NCBI RefSeq assembly: GCF_006345805.1
Contig: NC_042998.1
Coordinates: 114,948,001 to 115,012,000, forward strand
Reading direction: 5' to 3'
DNA: 64,000 nucleotides
Origin: Octopus sinensis
Lineage: Eukaryota
In this document: one piece after another, positions 22,600 to 35,949 of the stretch
How the letters are laid out: each line of letters begins with the position of its first letter
Numbering within the stretch: the first letter of the stretch is position 1
Notes under the pieces: generated by a model
The model's database searches: none
The model's input: only the letters and a program-made list of their open reading frames with translations
Told to the model about the DNA's origin: nothing
Position numbers and translations under genes: made by a program

Positions 22600-23379
22600 T
22601 CTATGTATATACATATGTATACACACAAACACACACACACACACATAAGAACGCGTAGATCAATGCGCAGAAACCATTTCCAGGACTTCACTTCTTCATA
22701 GTTTTCCCACTTATCATCATCAGTCCTCACCACTATCACGACACCTCCTACAAACACCATAAGCGCCGCCAAGCAGTGAGTAGCAGTAGTTGTAGTAGTG
22801 GTAGGAGGAGGAGAAGGAGAAGGAGGAGGAGGAGGAGGAGAGTCCAACATCTCATCTCGCTGCAGCTGACGGCAAAAGCAAGCAAGCAAGCAAGCAAAGT
22901 AAGGAAGCAAGCAAAAGAAACATAAGCGGCAACTCATTATTCAGCGTCATAGGAGAAAGAATAAGGCCGACACACTGTCCCCTTTGAAAGGTGGCCCTAA
23001 TCAAATTCCTTAGTTTCGCTAATCAGATTACCGTGTTACAGATATTAGGCTTTCACACATTGTTTCACCTCCTTAATTAACGTTTGTCTGCCCGAAAATC
23101 CCAAAAGCATGCAGGGAGCCATCTCATAGCGGATTTATAAACAGTTTAGTAACCTTTAAAGTAACATTTTCCAAGATTGGCTTGGCTTTCTGCCCAGAAT
23201 GGTATTTTCCCCAGGGGACGTGAAAAGCTGCCCTTACAAGAAGAATTAGGTGAACAGCTAATATATTTACTTGTGTATACTCATCTTCTATTATCGCTTT
23301 CTGCTTGCTCACTTTTATTTATTTTCGTTTTCTGTTTGTTTGCCTATTATTTGCTTTCTGTATGCATGCGTAGCTGCGT

Positions 23380-23474
23380 GAATATATATATGGCTATGTG
23401 TATATATATACGTATGTATGTGTATATGAGAATGTACGTGTATATTGATATTCATATCGGTGTGTGAATATATA

Positions 23475-23524
<50 letters not shown>

Positions 23525-23535
23525 GTATGTGTGTG

Positions 23536-23627
<92 letters not shown>

Positions 23628-23807
23628 CTATACATACATATATATATATATACATATATATAATGTGTGTGTGAATAAACATAAGTGCATATACTTAGGC
23701 TATCCGAAGGGAATCTTTAAAGTAATCATCAGACAAGAACGCAGAGTAAATATATATACATATACTTATATATTTATGCATACATACATACACATATACA
23801 TATATGA

Positions 23808-23867
<60 letters not shown>

Positions 23868-23888
23868 TCATATAGATATATACGTATG

Positions 23889-23933
<45 letters not shown>

Positions 23934-24041
23934 ATATATATATATATATATTTAAACATAGGTATGCCTGTATAGATATTTATATATACATATATAGTTA
24001 TACGTATGTAATATATATATATATATGTATATATATATGTA

Positions 24042-24115
<74 letters not shown>

Positions 24116-24407
24116 ATATCATATATACATACATAGGTATACATGCATACATATAGAAATACACATACGCACATATGTGTATGTGTGTATCCGTGTGTGC
24201 GCATGTGTTTTTGTACGTGTGTGCGAATATTTTTCTCTTTTCATCTAGCTGTTTACACGTTTGCTTTCTTATTTTTTAGAATAGCTTTTGACGCCTTTCC
24301 CGCGACCTCTCTCCTTTTGTTTCCCCCTCATACTTTCACTCTCCTTGCTTTCTCTCTCTCTCTCTCTCTCACTCATACACACACATTAATACCCATGTAT
24401 ATGTATG

Positions 24408-24465
<58 letters not shown>

Positions 24466-24480
24466 AACACAGACACATAC
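23380..24480. repeat. Blocks of (TA)n, (TG)n and (TC)n microsatellite
   Basis: Directly visible. Confidence 0.95.
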
Positions 24481-24749
24481 ATATATATATTTACCTGTAC
24501 ACCCTGAGTAAAGCTGTACTATCAACATGTGTTGCTAAGGCAATGACAACAAACAGTCAAAATACATTTATTTGTCAGTACCTTAGAACAAATTATGATA
24601 TTTCTTGCAAGTAAATATTTCCTCCTTTAGTCCTTCTACTGTTACTGCTCCTCTTTGCCCTATTTCTTCTACCTTCTCCTCTCGCTTTTCTTTCCTGTCA
24701 CTATATCACCTCACACTGTTCATCTCTTCCCGCTTTACCCGCCATTACA

Positions 24750-25510
24750 CTTTTCTACTCTAGGCACAAGGCCCGAAATTTTGGGGGAGGGGGACAGTCG
24801 ATTAGATCGAGACCAGTATGCAACTTAATTTATCGACCTCGAAAGGATGAAAAGCAAATTCGACCTCGGCAGTATTTGCACTTCAGAACATAAAGACAGA
24901 CGAAATACCTATTTCTTCACTACCTACAAGGGGCTAAACACAGAGAGGACAAACAAGGACAGACAAACGGATTAAGTCGATTATATCGACCCCAGAGCGT
25001 AACTGGTAATTATTTAATCGATCCCTAAAGGATGAAATGCAAACTCGACCTCGGCGGAATTAGAACTTAGAACGTAGTGGCAAACGAAATACCTATTTCT
25101 TTACTACCCACAAGAGGCTAAATAGAGAGAGGACAAACAAGAACAGACAAACGGATTAAGTCGATTATATCGACCCCAGAGCCTAACTGGTACTTATTTA
25201 ATCGACCCCGAAAGGATGAAATGCAAAGTCGACCTCGGAGGAATTAGAACTTAGAACGTAGTGGCGGACGAAATACCTATTTCTTTACTACCCACAAGAG
25301 GCTAAATAGAGAGAGGACAAACAAGGACAGACAAACGGATTAAGCCGGTTATATCGACCCCAGAGCGTAACTGGTACTTATTTAATCGATCCCGAAAGGA
25401 TGAAATGCAAAGTCGACCTCGGCGGAATTTGAACTTAGAACGTAGTGGCGGACGAAATACCACAAAACATTTCGCCCCGCCTGCTAACGTTTCTGCCAGC
25501 TCGCCGCCTT
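24750..25510 (-). mobile_element. Family A SINE concatemer: one head, four body units (184-bp period)
   Basis: Junction CGAAATACC|TATTTCTT at ~24909, ~25093 and ~25277. Single head (...CTCGCCGCCTT) at ~25510. Confidence 0.9.
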
Positions 25511-26238
25511 ATAATAGAAATATTAATAATAAAAATAAGCATATTTTGAGGGAGATCAATACAAATCAAAAGTACAACAGTAATGATAACAACAACAGTG
25601 GCAATAGCATCATCACCAACATCAACAACAAATGCAACAATAACTATTTAAAATACATATACAACAAATCGGAAGAACGAGTAAGCCAGAAGATTATATT
25701 TATATAAACACACGTAGCAAGCAAACACAAGATTAAATACAGCACACACAGTGAATACAAGAGCAAATAATCAGAGAAATATAATACCCAAAAACCAAGA
25801 ATACTATTGATAATAAAGTAAACTGGAGAGAAGAAAGCCACGTTGAAACACATAGAGAAACAACATGATAAAAAACGATGTATTAATAAAGTAAATGATA
25901 TTAAATTGAGGTTTATCACTTCACACCATCTCGTCAGACGGTATTAACTCACTTGAATTCGCCTTTTCGACCTAACTTGCAACCCGATTTGTTTCATTTT
26001 TACCTGATGTGTATGTAACTCTATGTTCGTGTGTATATACACCTGTGTGTATATGCATGCCTGTTTTTGTGTGAATGTATGACAGCGTAAATGTATGATG
26101 GTGTATGTGTGTGTTTAGATGTAGAAACGTTTGAATGTTTGCTACCATTATCTAACACGTTGTCTACTTTTTAAACCAGCTCGCTCTTTCAATCTTGATG
26201 TGTGCGTGCATTATATATTATATATTATACATACATAC

Positions 26239-26279
<41 letters not shown>

Positions 26280-26396
26280 AGGTTCCATGTTCAGTCCCAC
26301 TGCGTGGCACCATAGGCAAGTGTCTTCTACTATAGCCACGGGCCGACCAAGGCCTTGTGAGCGGATTTGGTAGACGGAAACTGAAAGAAGACCGTC

Positions 26397-26400
<4 letters not shown>
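26280..26400 (+). mobile_element. Family B SINE internal fragment embedded in (TA)n
   Basis: GGTTCCATGTTCAGTCCCACTGCGTGGCACC...GGATTTGGTAGACGGAAACTGAAAGAAG. Confidence 0.85.
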
Positions 26401-26438
<38 letters not shown>

Positions 26439-26859
26439 GCGTACAAACAAACATATACCTATTATACATAGTTAAATATATAGTATATACATATATATAG
26501 AGAACAAAGTGTACGTACGCCGCTATATATATATATGTGTATGTGTATGCATACACACGGACACGACACATACACACACATATATATACACGTATGTGTG
26601 TGTATGTATGTGCATAAGCTTCACGAAATATACATATATAAGCGAGTAGAAATATATACAAACATGTCTGAGTATGTGCACCCGCATGCACGTGGGTGTA
26701 TGTATTTATGTGTGTATATATACACATTGTACACAAATATACAAGCTACCAAAACTATATACAATACTGTATTCAAATCACAATCTTTAAGAGCGGTTAA
26801 GCGGATGATTTATGAATGGCCAATATTTCACAAACACTAATGCACTTCTCGTATCCCAC

Positions 26860-26879
26860 CTCGTCTCTTCCTCCTCCTT

Positions 26880-26911
<32 letters not shown>

Positions 26912-27021
26912 CATCATCATCAGCTTCCTCCATGCTAATGATCATGATGAATATCTCATTACCATCCCTAAAGCAATACTACTTCTCCTCATCCTCTACC
27001 TCATCATCGTCATTATCATCG

Positions 27022-27090
<69 letters not shown>

Positions 27091-27248
27091 CCATCATTAT
27101 CATCATCGTCGTCGTCGTCGTCGTCATCCTTATTACCATCAACGTCGTCACCATCATCGGTGCTCTCTCCAATTTTACGATCATTAATACTGTCCTCATA
27201 ATTCTCTTGATCACAACCACCACCACCACCACCACCACCACCACCACC

Positions 27249-27311
<63 letters not shown>

Positions 27312-27717
27312 AGCAGCATTATCATTAAGTACGATAGCAATAACGACAGTAGCACCGAGCCGCCACAAGCTAACAGCAACAGCAGTATAAATGCAGAAAA
27401 AGGGCAACAGTAACGGTAATGATTTTTTCAAACTGGTGGGTTGCCAAGTTTTTCTTCTGCAGGGGAACATCCGATGAAACTGACCCTCGGGGGATGAAAT
27501 GCATAAAAACACAAACTCCGGCAGCATATGTGCTCAGAGTGCAAAGGAATATAACTTCCACACGATACGACTACTATTACTACTACTACAAATACTGCTA
27601 CTGCTGCTGCTACTACTACAACTGCTACTAAAACTGCTACTACTTCTACTACTATTAATATTACTACTACTACTACAACAACAACTACTAAAACTGCTAC
27701 TATTGCTGCAACTATTA

Positions 27718-27765
<48 letters not shown>

Positions 27766-27844
27766 ATAATAATAATAATAATAAAATAATAATACAGTTA
27801 CTACTACAAATACTACTACTAGTAGCAGTTGTAGCGGTAGCAGT

Positions 27845-27910
<66 letters not shown>
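26860..27910. repeat. Compound trinucleotide microsatellite (CAT, CAC, CAG, CTA, TAA, TAG) around a ~240-bp unique island
   Basis: Directly visible. Island at ~27330-27570. Confidence 0.95.
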
Positions 27911-27911
<1 letters not shown>

Positions 27912-28247
27912 TAAATGGTTTCAAATTTTGGTACAAGGCCAGTGGGTTAAGTTGATTACATCGACCCAAATGCTCAGCTGGTACTTGTTTTGTCGACCCC
28001 AAAAGGATGAAAGGCCAAGTCGATAATAATAATGACACTCCTTTCTACTAAAGGCACGCTGCCTGAAATTTTCGGGGACGAGGACAAGTCCATTACATCG
28101 ACCCCAGTGTTTCACTGCTGTTTAATTTAGCGACCCTGAAAGGATGAGAGGCAAAGTCAACCTCGGCGTAATTTCAACATGAAGACGGACGAAATGCCGC
28201 TAAGTATTTTGGTCGGCGTGTTAACGATTCTACCAGGTCGCTGCCTT
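27912..28247 (-). mobile_element. Family A SINE pieces (two bodies, one head)
   Basis: GGTACAAGGCC, TCGACCCC.AAAGGATGAAAGGC and GGTCGCTGCCTT motifs. Confidence 0.8.
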
Positions 28248-28271
28248 AATAATAATAATAATAATAATAAT

Positions 28272-28311
<40 letters not shown>

Positions 28312-28313
28312 TA

Positions 28314-28345
<32 letters not shown>

Positions 28346-28392
28346 TTAATAATAATAATGATAATAATAAAAAATAAATAATAATAATAATA

Positions 28393-28436
<44 letters not shown>

Positions 28437-28444
28437 TAACAATA
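28248..28444. repeat. (AAT)n microsatellite
   Basis: Directly visible. Confidence 0.98.
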
Positions 28445-29172
28445 TGCAGAATATGTGGAGATGGAAGTAACTGCAGAATATGTGGAGATGGAAAAGAAAT
28501 ATTACAAGTAACTGCAGAATATGTGGAGATGGACAAGAAACAATAAATCATATTATCTCTAGCTGCCCAGTCCTGGTTAAGAAGGAATATATTCACAGAC
28601 ATGACAGAGTCATACATTGGAAGCTATGCCAACATTATGGAATAACAACAGAAAAAAGATGGTATAGGCACACACCAGAAAAGGTCACAGAAAACGAGAA
28701 AGCAACCATACTCTGGGATATGCCGATACACACAGATAGAGAAATTAAGGCCAACAGACCAGATATAGTTGTCAGAGACCATGAAGAAAAAAAATGCTTT
28801 CTAATTGATGTATCAGTACCGGCAGATGACAACGTGTCTCTAAAAGAAATGGAGAAACTCTCAAAATACAAAGACCTGGAAATAGAGGTAACTAGAATGT
28901 GGAATCTGAAAACAGAAACAATTCCTATCATAGTAGGTGCATTAGGCATGATAAAAAAATATTCAGACAATACATAACAAAAACACCAGGACTTACAAAC
29001 ACATATTACATACAGAAAATTGCACTACTAGGCACTGCACACATCCTACGCAGAACACTTTCCATACAATAACCATCAGAGCATCACAACAAATCACAGC
29101 ACATACCCAAGGCACACAGAGCTGCGCTCGGTAGTGAAGTGAAAGCACGCTATAAAAATAAAAATAAAACTA

Positions 29173-29247
<75 letters not shown>
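28445..29247 (+). mobile_element. 5'-truncated Dong/R4 LINE inserted in (AAT)n
   Basis: CRICGDGQETINHIISSCP (CCHC), RHD, RPDIVVRD..CFLIDVSVP. 3' UTR followed by (AAT)n, with (AAT)n also on the 5' side. Confidence 0.95.
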
Positions 29248-29759
29248 CAGACAGTGGCTCTCATGGTTTCTGATCTAAATTGATTGAAGTGTTATCATGT
29301 ACATTGTTTTGTCTTGGTACAAAAAGATAGGCTACAGCAAATATTCTGCTCAATACCACAGATTTGCTTGCCGGTTGTTTGACCTTAACCAGTTGAGCAT
29401 GTTCCTTGGTGGCTGACGATATGTGCATCTCTGATCACGAGCAGAAGTAGTGGGGGAGCATCATAGCCGTGTGTTGAAAGGAATTCTTGGAGGCTTGGAT
29501 AATTCACCATTCTTAAACAAAACTTAATCAGGGACCTTTTGAGCAGGATGAGCTACTTGATCTGAAGACCTGCGAGGTCATGCGCTTTTTATCTTGATAT
29601 GAGATCACCATGTCGCGCATATATGTTTGAGATGCGTGTGCCTGGTGTACACTTATCAAACGGGTAGTCATGATGGGTATATTAGGCTTCGCATATTTTA
29701 CCCCAGAGTCACTTTCATGGCAAACACTGCTCTCTCACTCAATAATAATAATGATGATG

Positions 29760-29844
<85 letters not shown>

Positions 29845-29845
29845 G
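29248..29845 (+). mobile_element. ~490-bp non-coding element ending in (AAT)n, flanked by (AAT)n on both sides; family unassigned
   Basis: Unique-looking block CCAGACAGTGG...CACTGCTCTCTCACTC directly between two (AAT)n runs. No ORF or tRNA head recognised. Confidence 0.55.
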
Positions 29846-31544
29846 TAGAAGAAGATGAAGAAGAATAAGAGGAAGAATAAGGATAAGAAGTAATAACAAC
29901 AACAACAAAAGAAGATAAAATACAATCAATTGATGAAATCGATTTTCAATACTTGAGTGGCACTTTGTTTTATCGAGCTCGAAGCATAAAAACGCATATC
30001 TCTACATTGACTGGGGGATCCAGCAATTCAGAAACGAGGCACGATTATGCATAATAATAATGGAAGAAAACTGCAGGAAAACAACCTACTGCTCAAAAAT
30101 ATAAATACAAATATATAGATAATGTGTCCTCACTCATAGATACCAAAAAAGTGGAAGGCAACACATGAGGAATGACTATATTCGGAAATACTACAAAATC
30201 CGCCAAACAATATATAAATTGTGCAACCTTGGCTGCCTCTGCGCAATTATTTGTGTCGTTGTTTATTTTGTTAAAGGAGTAAAGAGAGAAGGTTGCTATC
30301 ATATCACCCTCTACCCACATTTTCCCCATCCACATCTTTACCATGTGGTGCCCAAACAAAATCCGATATTAGGTACAGATGCAAATCTATCTAATTATTT
30401 GTCTCCTTCTAAAATCAGGCATAACTTGGCGAACGTTCGACTTACGACACCAGTCCAGGTGAGCTCTGATTGGCTGTATGCAAATGAGTTCATTTCTGGG
30501 GTCCCGAGCTCTCGTGGGAAAAAAACCCTTCGTGTTTCGCACAATAATTAAAATGAATAAATAAATAAATATGCACATATTACAACAAATCAAATATTGT
30601 GGAAAACAACATAGAAGACACTTTAAATAATATATCTGATCCCTCCATACAAACAACACTTCGTCAAGTACAATCATTTCAATTTCTACCGACCACGTGA
30701 AACTCTCGGAAAAAATCCCACATAATTCTAGCCGAGTATTACAGATGTCAATACGAGCGGATTTATTCCGAACCAATTGAAGTGGTTGCCGGGAGATTGG
30801 AGTGCTCTGACTTGTCTTGTAATCATTGTGGTAGCAAAGACGTCAGAGAAATGTACGTTCCATCAATGAAACTGCAGAGAAACTTTGCTGGTGGTTTTCA
30901 ATAAAAAAGGCAGTGTTGTTGCTCGGATGCGAGACGGAACTTGATCCAGCTCCGTTTCGTTCAATTGGATGTGGTAAGTTGATATTGAATGACTCGAAAA
31001 CCCTTCTGTCCAACAAACAAGAGTGATGACATTCCTGTTATGGGAAGGACATCAGAAATCCACTTACTGGGCATTCGGAAGTTGTAATTTGAAACTCAAC
31101 ACCGGAATCAGAAAAGATAAAATAAAAATTAAACATGAATTAGCGAAAAACATTGCATAAGCTGCACCCCATGTGAATTATTCTTTGGTTTAAAAAGTCT
31201 TTATTTCGATATCATTGCATAACATTGTGATGGTGTGCATTCTATATTACCTTTGGTTACCATCCGTGCAACATCCATATTCGTCCATGTCCCTGCCGTA
31301 AGGCTTTACTTCCACACACGCCAGCTTAATTCAATTCGTCCTTAGTCGAAAGACACCCGTTTTTAATGTCCTGCTATTTGTATTTGTGTAACATTTCTCC
31401 GTTTCATTCCGTTCTTGTTTTCGTATACATTCACTGCTTTCTTCTAAGGAATCTAGTGCTCTTAGATTAGTTTTTCCTTGGGGCTGGCCAGATTAGAGCA
31501 ATCTCGAGTATAACCAGCCGAAATATCAAGAAAATAGACGAAGA

Positions 31545-31880
31545 CAGGTGTAAGAACATTAAGCACGTGTGTGTATGTGGGAATGGTGTGTGTGAGTATG
31601 TGTGAACGGTGGCATGTGTGTGAGTACGTATGTGTCGGTAAGTGTGTATGTGTGCATGCGTATGGACGTGTGCATATGTGTGAAGCTAGTGTGTGGGTGT
31701 GTAGATAGTTGTGTGGATGTGTGGATAATGGTGTGTGGTGTGTGTACTGAGAAGTGTTTGGTGCTTGTGTTTGTGGAGTGGGAAGGTGTTTATGGTTGCG
31801 TATGTAATGGTGTGTGAAGTGAGTAATGAGTTGGACCGTGTGCATGGGTGTTTGTATAGTGGTGTCTGTGTTCTGAATGT
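31545..31880. repeat. Degenerate (TG)-rich simple repeat
   Basis: Directly visible. Confidence 0.9.
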
Positions 31881-31929
31881 ACTGAGGAAGGCGTTATGCT
31901 GGTTTATAAGTGGGGGCAGTTGAATGAGG

Positions 31930-32510
31930 GAGGTGTGTGGTAATCCGTGGGTTTGCTGTCAGATGAAGAGAGATAGTGAGCTGAGCCCATATGGCGCAAA
32001 GGAACGAAGAGAAATTAATTCTGTACATGGCAAGAGCAGAAGTCCGGGTAGCCCTAGAGACAGTTCGAACACAGACAGATATTCTAGAGGTGCTCTGCAA
32101 ACCGGTCGGCTAAGTGGCGTCCCATTTGACCAATGTGCAGGGAAGGCCAAAAAGAGCAGGAAATGCAGTACATAACATTACTGGAGGTGCTGGTAAAGAG
32201 GTCGGTTAGGGGATTGGGACGGTGATGGGTGCTAGTGAGGAGGGTGATGTTGGATAGGTAAGGGCAGATGCGAAAGCGTGGGCGAGAGCAGGGGAAGGAG
32301 CCAGGCTGGAAGGCAGGGTAGGGAAGAAATTGTGAACTAGGATGTCACGCAGGTTATGGGCTCGTTTGAAGGAGGGAAGAGGTAGGTTAGGGAAGATGTA
32401 TGGTGTGGAGGGATCGGACTGGAGCCGTCGGATGGCTCGGAGGATGGTGCAGGAAAAATCAAGAGCAGGATAGAAAAATGTTCGCAGGAGAGTGCGGTCA
32501 CGCCGATACA
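31930..32510 (-). mobile_element. Penelope-like element fragment (linker + GIY-YIG endonuclease)
   Basis: IFPNLPLPSFKRAHNLRDILVH linker. After a frameshift, TCTSSNVMYCISCSFWPSLHIGQMGRHLADRFAEHL matches the GIY-YIG YIG-x-T-x-R-x-L-x-x-R-F-x-EH motif. Confidence 0.85.
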
Positions 32511-32513
32511 TTC

Positions 32514-32548
<35 letters not shown>

Positions 32549-33049
32549 TGTATGTATGTATGTATGTATGTATGTATGTATGTATGCATGTATGTATGGA
32601 TGGATGGATGTATATATGCTTAATAGAATTACATATAGAAAGTCCTTGGTATAGCATTATATTTGCAAAAATGAATAGAAATAGCTTCTCTCATAATTTT
32701 TATACTTTAATACTTAGATGTTTATAAATTAATTTATAAGCTTCTAATTATGAAAGTAGATAACTATCAAAAGAGGTATTTCTCTTATTTTTTCATATAT
32801 ATATATATACATATTATGAATGTATACATGTATTAATGCAGACATATATGTGTGTATATGCATACACATATTCAGGCACACAAACAAACACACATACATA
32901 TATATTTTGAATACTTTTGCTTGTGCGTGTATATACATATATGCATGCACGTGTGTATTTATGGGTGTTTTAAAATTATTTACAAAAAAGAATGCAATAT
33001 CAGTTGAAGAATGTAGTAAAAACCGCAGATGAATTCAATCCGCATATCC

Positions 33050-33960
33050 AGAAGAGTTGTTTGTTAGACATACACCAAACTATTCTTAGAAAGGAATTCA
33101 TTAACACTGGGACTATTAAATCATATTTAGACACTGACAACAGAAGAAAAGTATCCTTGGAAGTACTTAAGAGTAGATGAAACCGATAAGATACTTTGCA
33201 TAGATATGAGTAAGAAAATTAGAAAACAAAGATGCCGGAAAGTCAAACTAACATTGAAAACTAAAATTAATGCTATACATTAGAGAATAGTTATGAATAC
33301 ACTAGCATGCCAGTTATAAACTTCATCTCAATGTAATAAATTGAAGAAATTCTCAGCAACGCCTCCGGCATGGAGATATTATGGGTAATTGAAGGAGTGA
33401 GGTTAAAATAATTTTTAATCAATTGAAATCACTTCAGTAAGGAAAAGAAACATTTTCGGTAAGTGAATTAAAGAGCTTAGTTATGAAAACAGCATTCTCT
33501 CGATCCCACACCACCACTCCAACTTTGTAACGACGATGTAGATCGGATATACTTACTCCACGCAGAAGTAATAAAGGGTTTGATACAAATAGAAAACCCA
33601 TTACAAAGTGATGACAGTGAGCCTAACAAAATATTTAGAAGCAAAGAAAATCTGATTAGCTTCGTAACGAAATATAAGGAAAAAGATATTTCTAGAAAGA
33701 AACGTAAACTGTAAATTACAAAAGAGAAGCCAACTGTATTTAGAAAGAAATAGAATTAGACAAGAAGAAAACAATAGAAAAGGTAACGGAAACTAAAGAC
33801 ATACTGAAAATGGAAATGGAAGCTGCATAAACTCATAAAAGGAGAAAAAAATAGCTCCATAGCCCAAAATGGTAAATCACGCAAATGCCAACAATAGCAT
33901 AAAAGCTCTGAACTAAAGACACAAACGGAATATTTGAATACTGCTACATAATTTCAATTA
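33050..33960 (+). mobile_element. Highly degraded Dong/R4 post-RT fragment
   Basis: KVKLTLKTKINA...MNTLA and DVDRIYLLHAEVIKGLIQIE resemble the R4-clade LNxxNKIxAINT and VERLYLPRxxGGRGL motifs. Confidence 0.5.
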
Positions 33961-34970
33961 CTGGTTACATAAACCACAAGTATGTGATCTATAAGATCAA
34001 TTTAAGTATGATAAGGGGTTGGTGAATGGGAGTTTTACGCTCTGCCGCTGAAATGAGGGATCCTGCGTTAGCGAGTTAGTTAAGTGCAAATTGGGTGGGT
34101 AAATCATAAACAATATCTGATGTGTTTAATGTAATTCAGATTTGGTTAGATTTGACAGAGGGAAGAAATAGGTACACTTGAGGTGACTATTAATTAAGGC
34201 ATCCCATCCAGATTGCTATTAACAAAAAATAGCGTTTCCCCATTTATTTCGCTCGGCACAGGAAAGGTAAAAACTGTGTGCTCTAAAACATGATGAGCTT
34301 GGTTTACAGAACGCAACATGCAACAAAACCGCAATTCGGCTTTGACCCATAAAATAGGAGCAGGCTTAATAAGTAAATAAGTTCAATTCTGGAGCAGTAT
34401 TTTTCTTGAGTGTCGCCTTTATCACCTGCTATGATTCTTAGGGCAAGAGGTGTATCTTCACGGAAAGCTAATAAAGGTATCTGAGAAACGGGAAGTAGTG
34501 TGTACTTGAATAAATGGGAAATCATCAAGTTTAGATAATTTGCTACATGAGTTTTATATTTATTCCCGTTTTTACAGATTTATATCACACCTGATGATAG
34601 AGTGATGAAGTTATGAAGGATGGGAGCATCAATGATTAATTCTTTCGAATTCAGCGTTGATATTTCCGATGAAAATGCTCAGTAAGACACTGGTGATTGT
34701 CGTAGGCTATGACGTTAAAATAACCATAGTTGCTTATCGACCAGTAGAATTGTAGCTTTTTTCACCCCCTTTACAGGGGCTGAGTCTATTAGAGGAAAAT
34801 GTGCTCTTTGGATGATCATACTGTTAACGATATTTTGAATTATACATTTCATAGGTACATATATATATATATGTGTGTGTGTGCGCGCGCGCGTATTGTG
34901 TCTGTGTGTGTATGTGTGCGTCTATGTGTATATGTGTGCGTATGTGTATATGCGCGCGTGTGTGTATATA

Positions 34971-35013
<43 letters not shown>

Positions 35014-35015
<2 letters not shown>

Positions 35016-35353
35016 CGCATGGCTCAGTGGTTAGAGCGTCGAGCTTACGATCGTGAGGTTGTGAGTTCGAATCCCAGACCGGGCTGCGTGTTGTGTTCTT
35101 GAGCAAGGCACTTTATTTCACGTTGCTCCAGTTCACTCAGCTGTAGAAATGAGTTGCGACGTCACTGGTGCCAAGCTGTATCGACCTTTGTCTTTCCATG
35201 GATAACACTGGTGGCGTGGAGAGGGGAGGCCGATATGCATGGGCGACTGCTGGTCTTCCATAAAAACAACCTTGCCCAGACTTGTGCCTCAGAGGGTAAC
35301 TCTCTAGGTGCAAACCCATGGTCACACATGACCGAAGGGGGTCTTTACCCCTT
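35014..35353 (+). mobile_element. tRNA-derived SINE, family C, with CORE-like central motif
   Basis: GGCGCATGGCTCAGTGGTTAGAGC A-box, GAGTTCGAATCCC B-box, then TTGAGCAAGGCACTTTAT...CAGCTGTAGAAATGAGT. Flanked by (TA)n. Confidence 0.85.
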
Positions 35354-35354
35354 T

Positions 35355-35409
<55 letters not shown>

Positions 35410-35412
35410 ATA

Positions 35413-35488
<76 letters not shown>

Positions 35489-35917
35489 TACACACACATA
35501 TCTATATAAATTTAATCAAGGCCAACTAAATTGTGCGCTGATATATTTAGCCCATAGCATAGGTTAAGGCTCCTAATTCTGTATTTAATTAGTATTAACA
35601 AAATTCAAATTTGTTTTCGATACTATCATATTTTTGTCAGAGCTACAACTTTTCGTCAGTCACATATTCCTCAAACCTTTTACGGAGGGAAATAATGTAT
35701 AGATTAAATGCAACAATCACTTGTATTACCTTAAAATTTCCAAGGCATTTACTGAATCTAGTTGAGCATTACCGTGTTAAATATGTTGAATTTAATTAAA
35801 TTGTTCTTACAGACAAAACAATTTATGTCATTAATATCTAGAAGCTGTTGGCAAAGTATTGATAAAAATCATAAAAACAAGCATTTATGTGCGTGTATGT
35901 GTGTATGTATAAATGTT

Positions 35918-35949
<32 letters not shown>

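Noticed and set aside
24900-25460. Regular 184-bp repeats as a CRISPR-like or satellite array
   Set aside because: The units are SINE bodies with no unique spacers, in a eukaryotic context.
26979-27527. 182-aa poly-Asp/Gly ORF and overlapping poly-Ser/Met/Leu ORFs
   Set aside because: Trinucleotide microsatellite read-through with no domain or splice support.
30387-30776. 129-aa minus-strand ORF
   Set aside because: No recognisable motif, it crosses low-complexity AT-rich sequence, and its length is compatible with chance.
35014-35090. tRNA gene (also 51830-51898, minus strand)
   Set aside because: A and B boxes are present, but the acceptor and anticodon stems do not pair fully, there is no T-run terminator, and the sequence continues into a SINE body.
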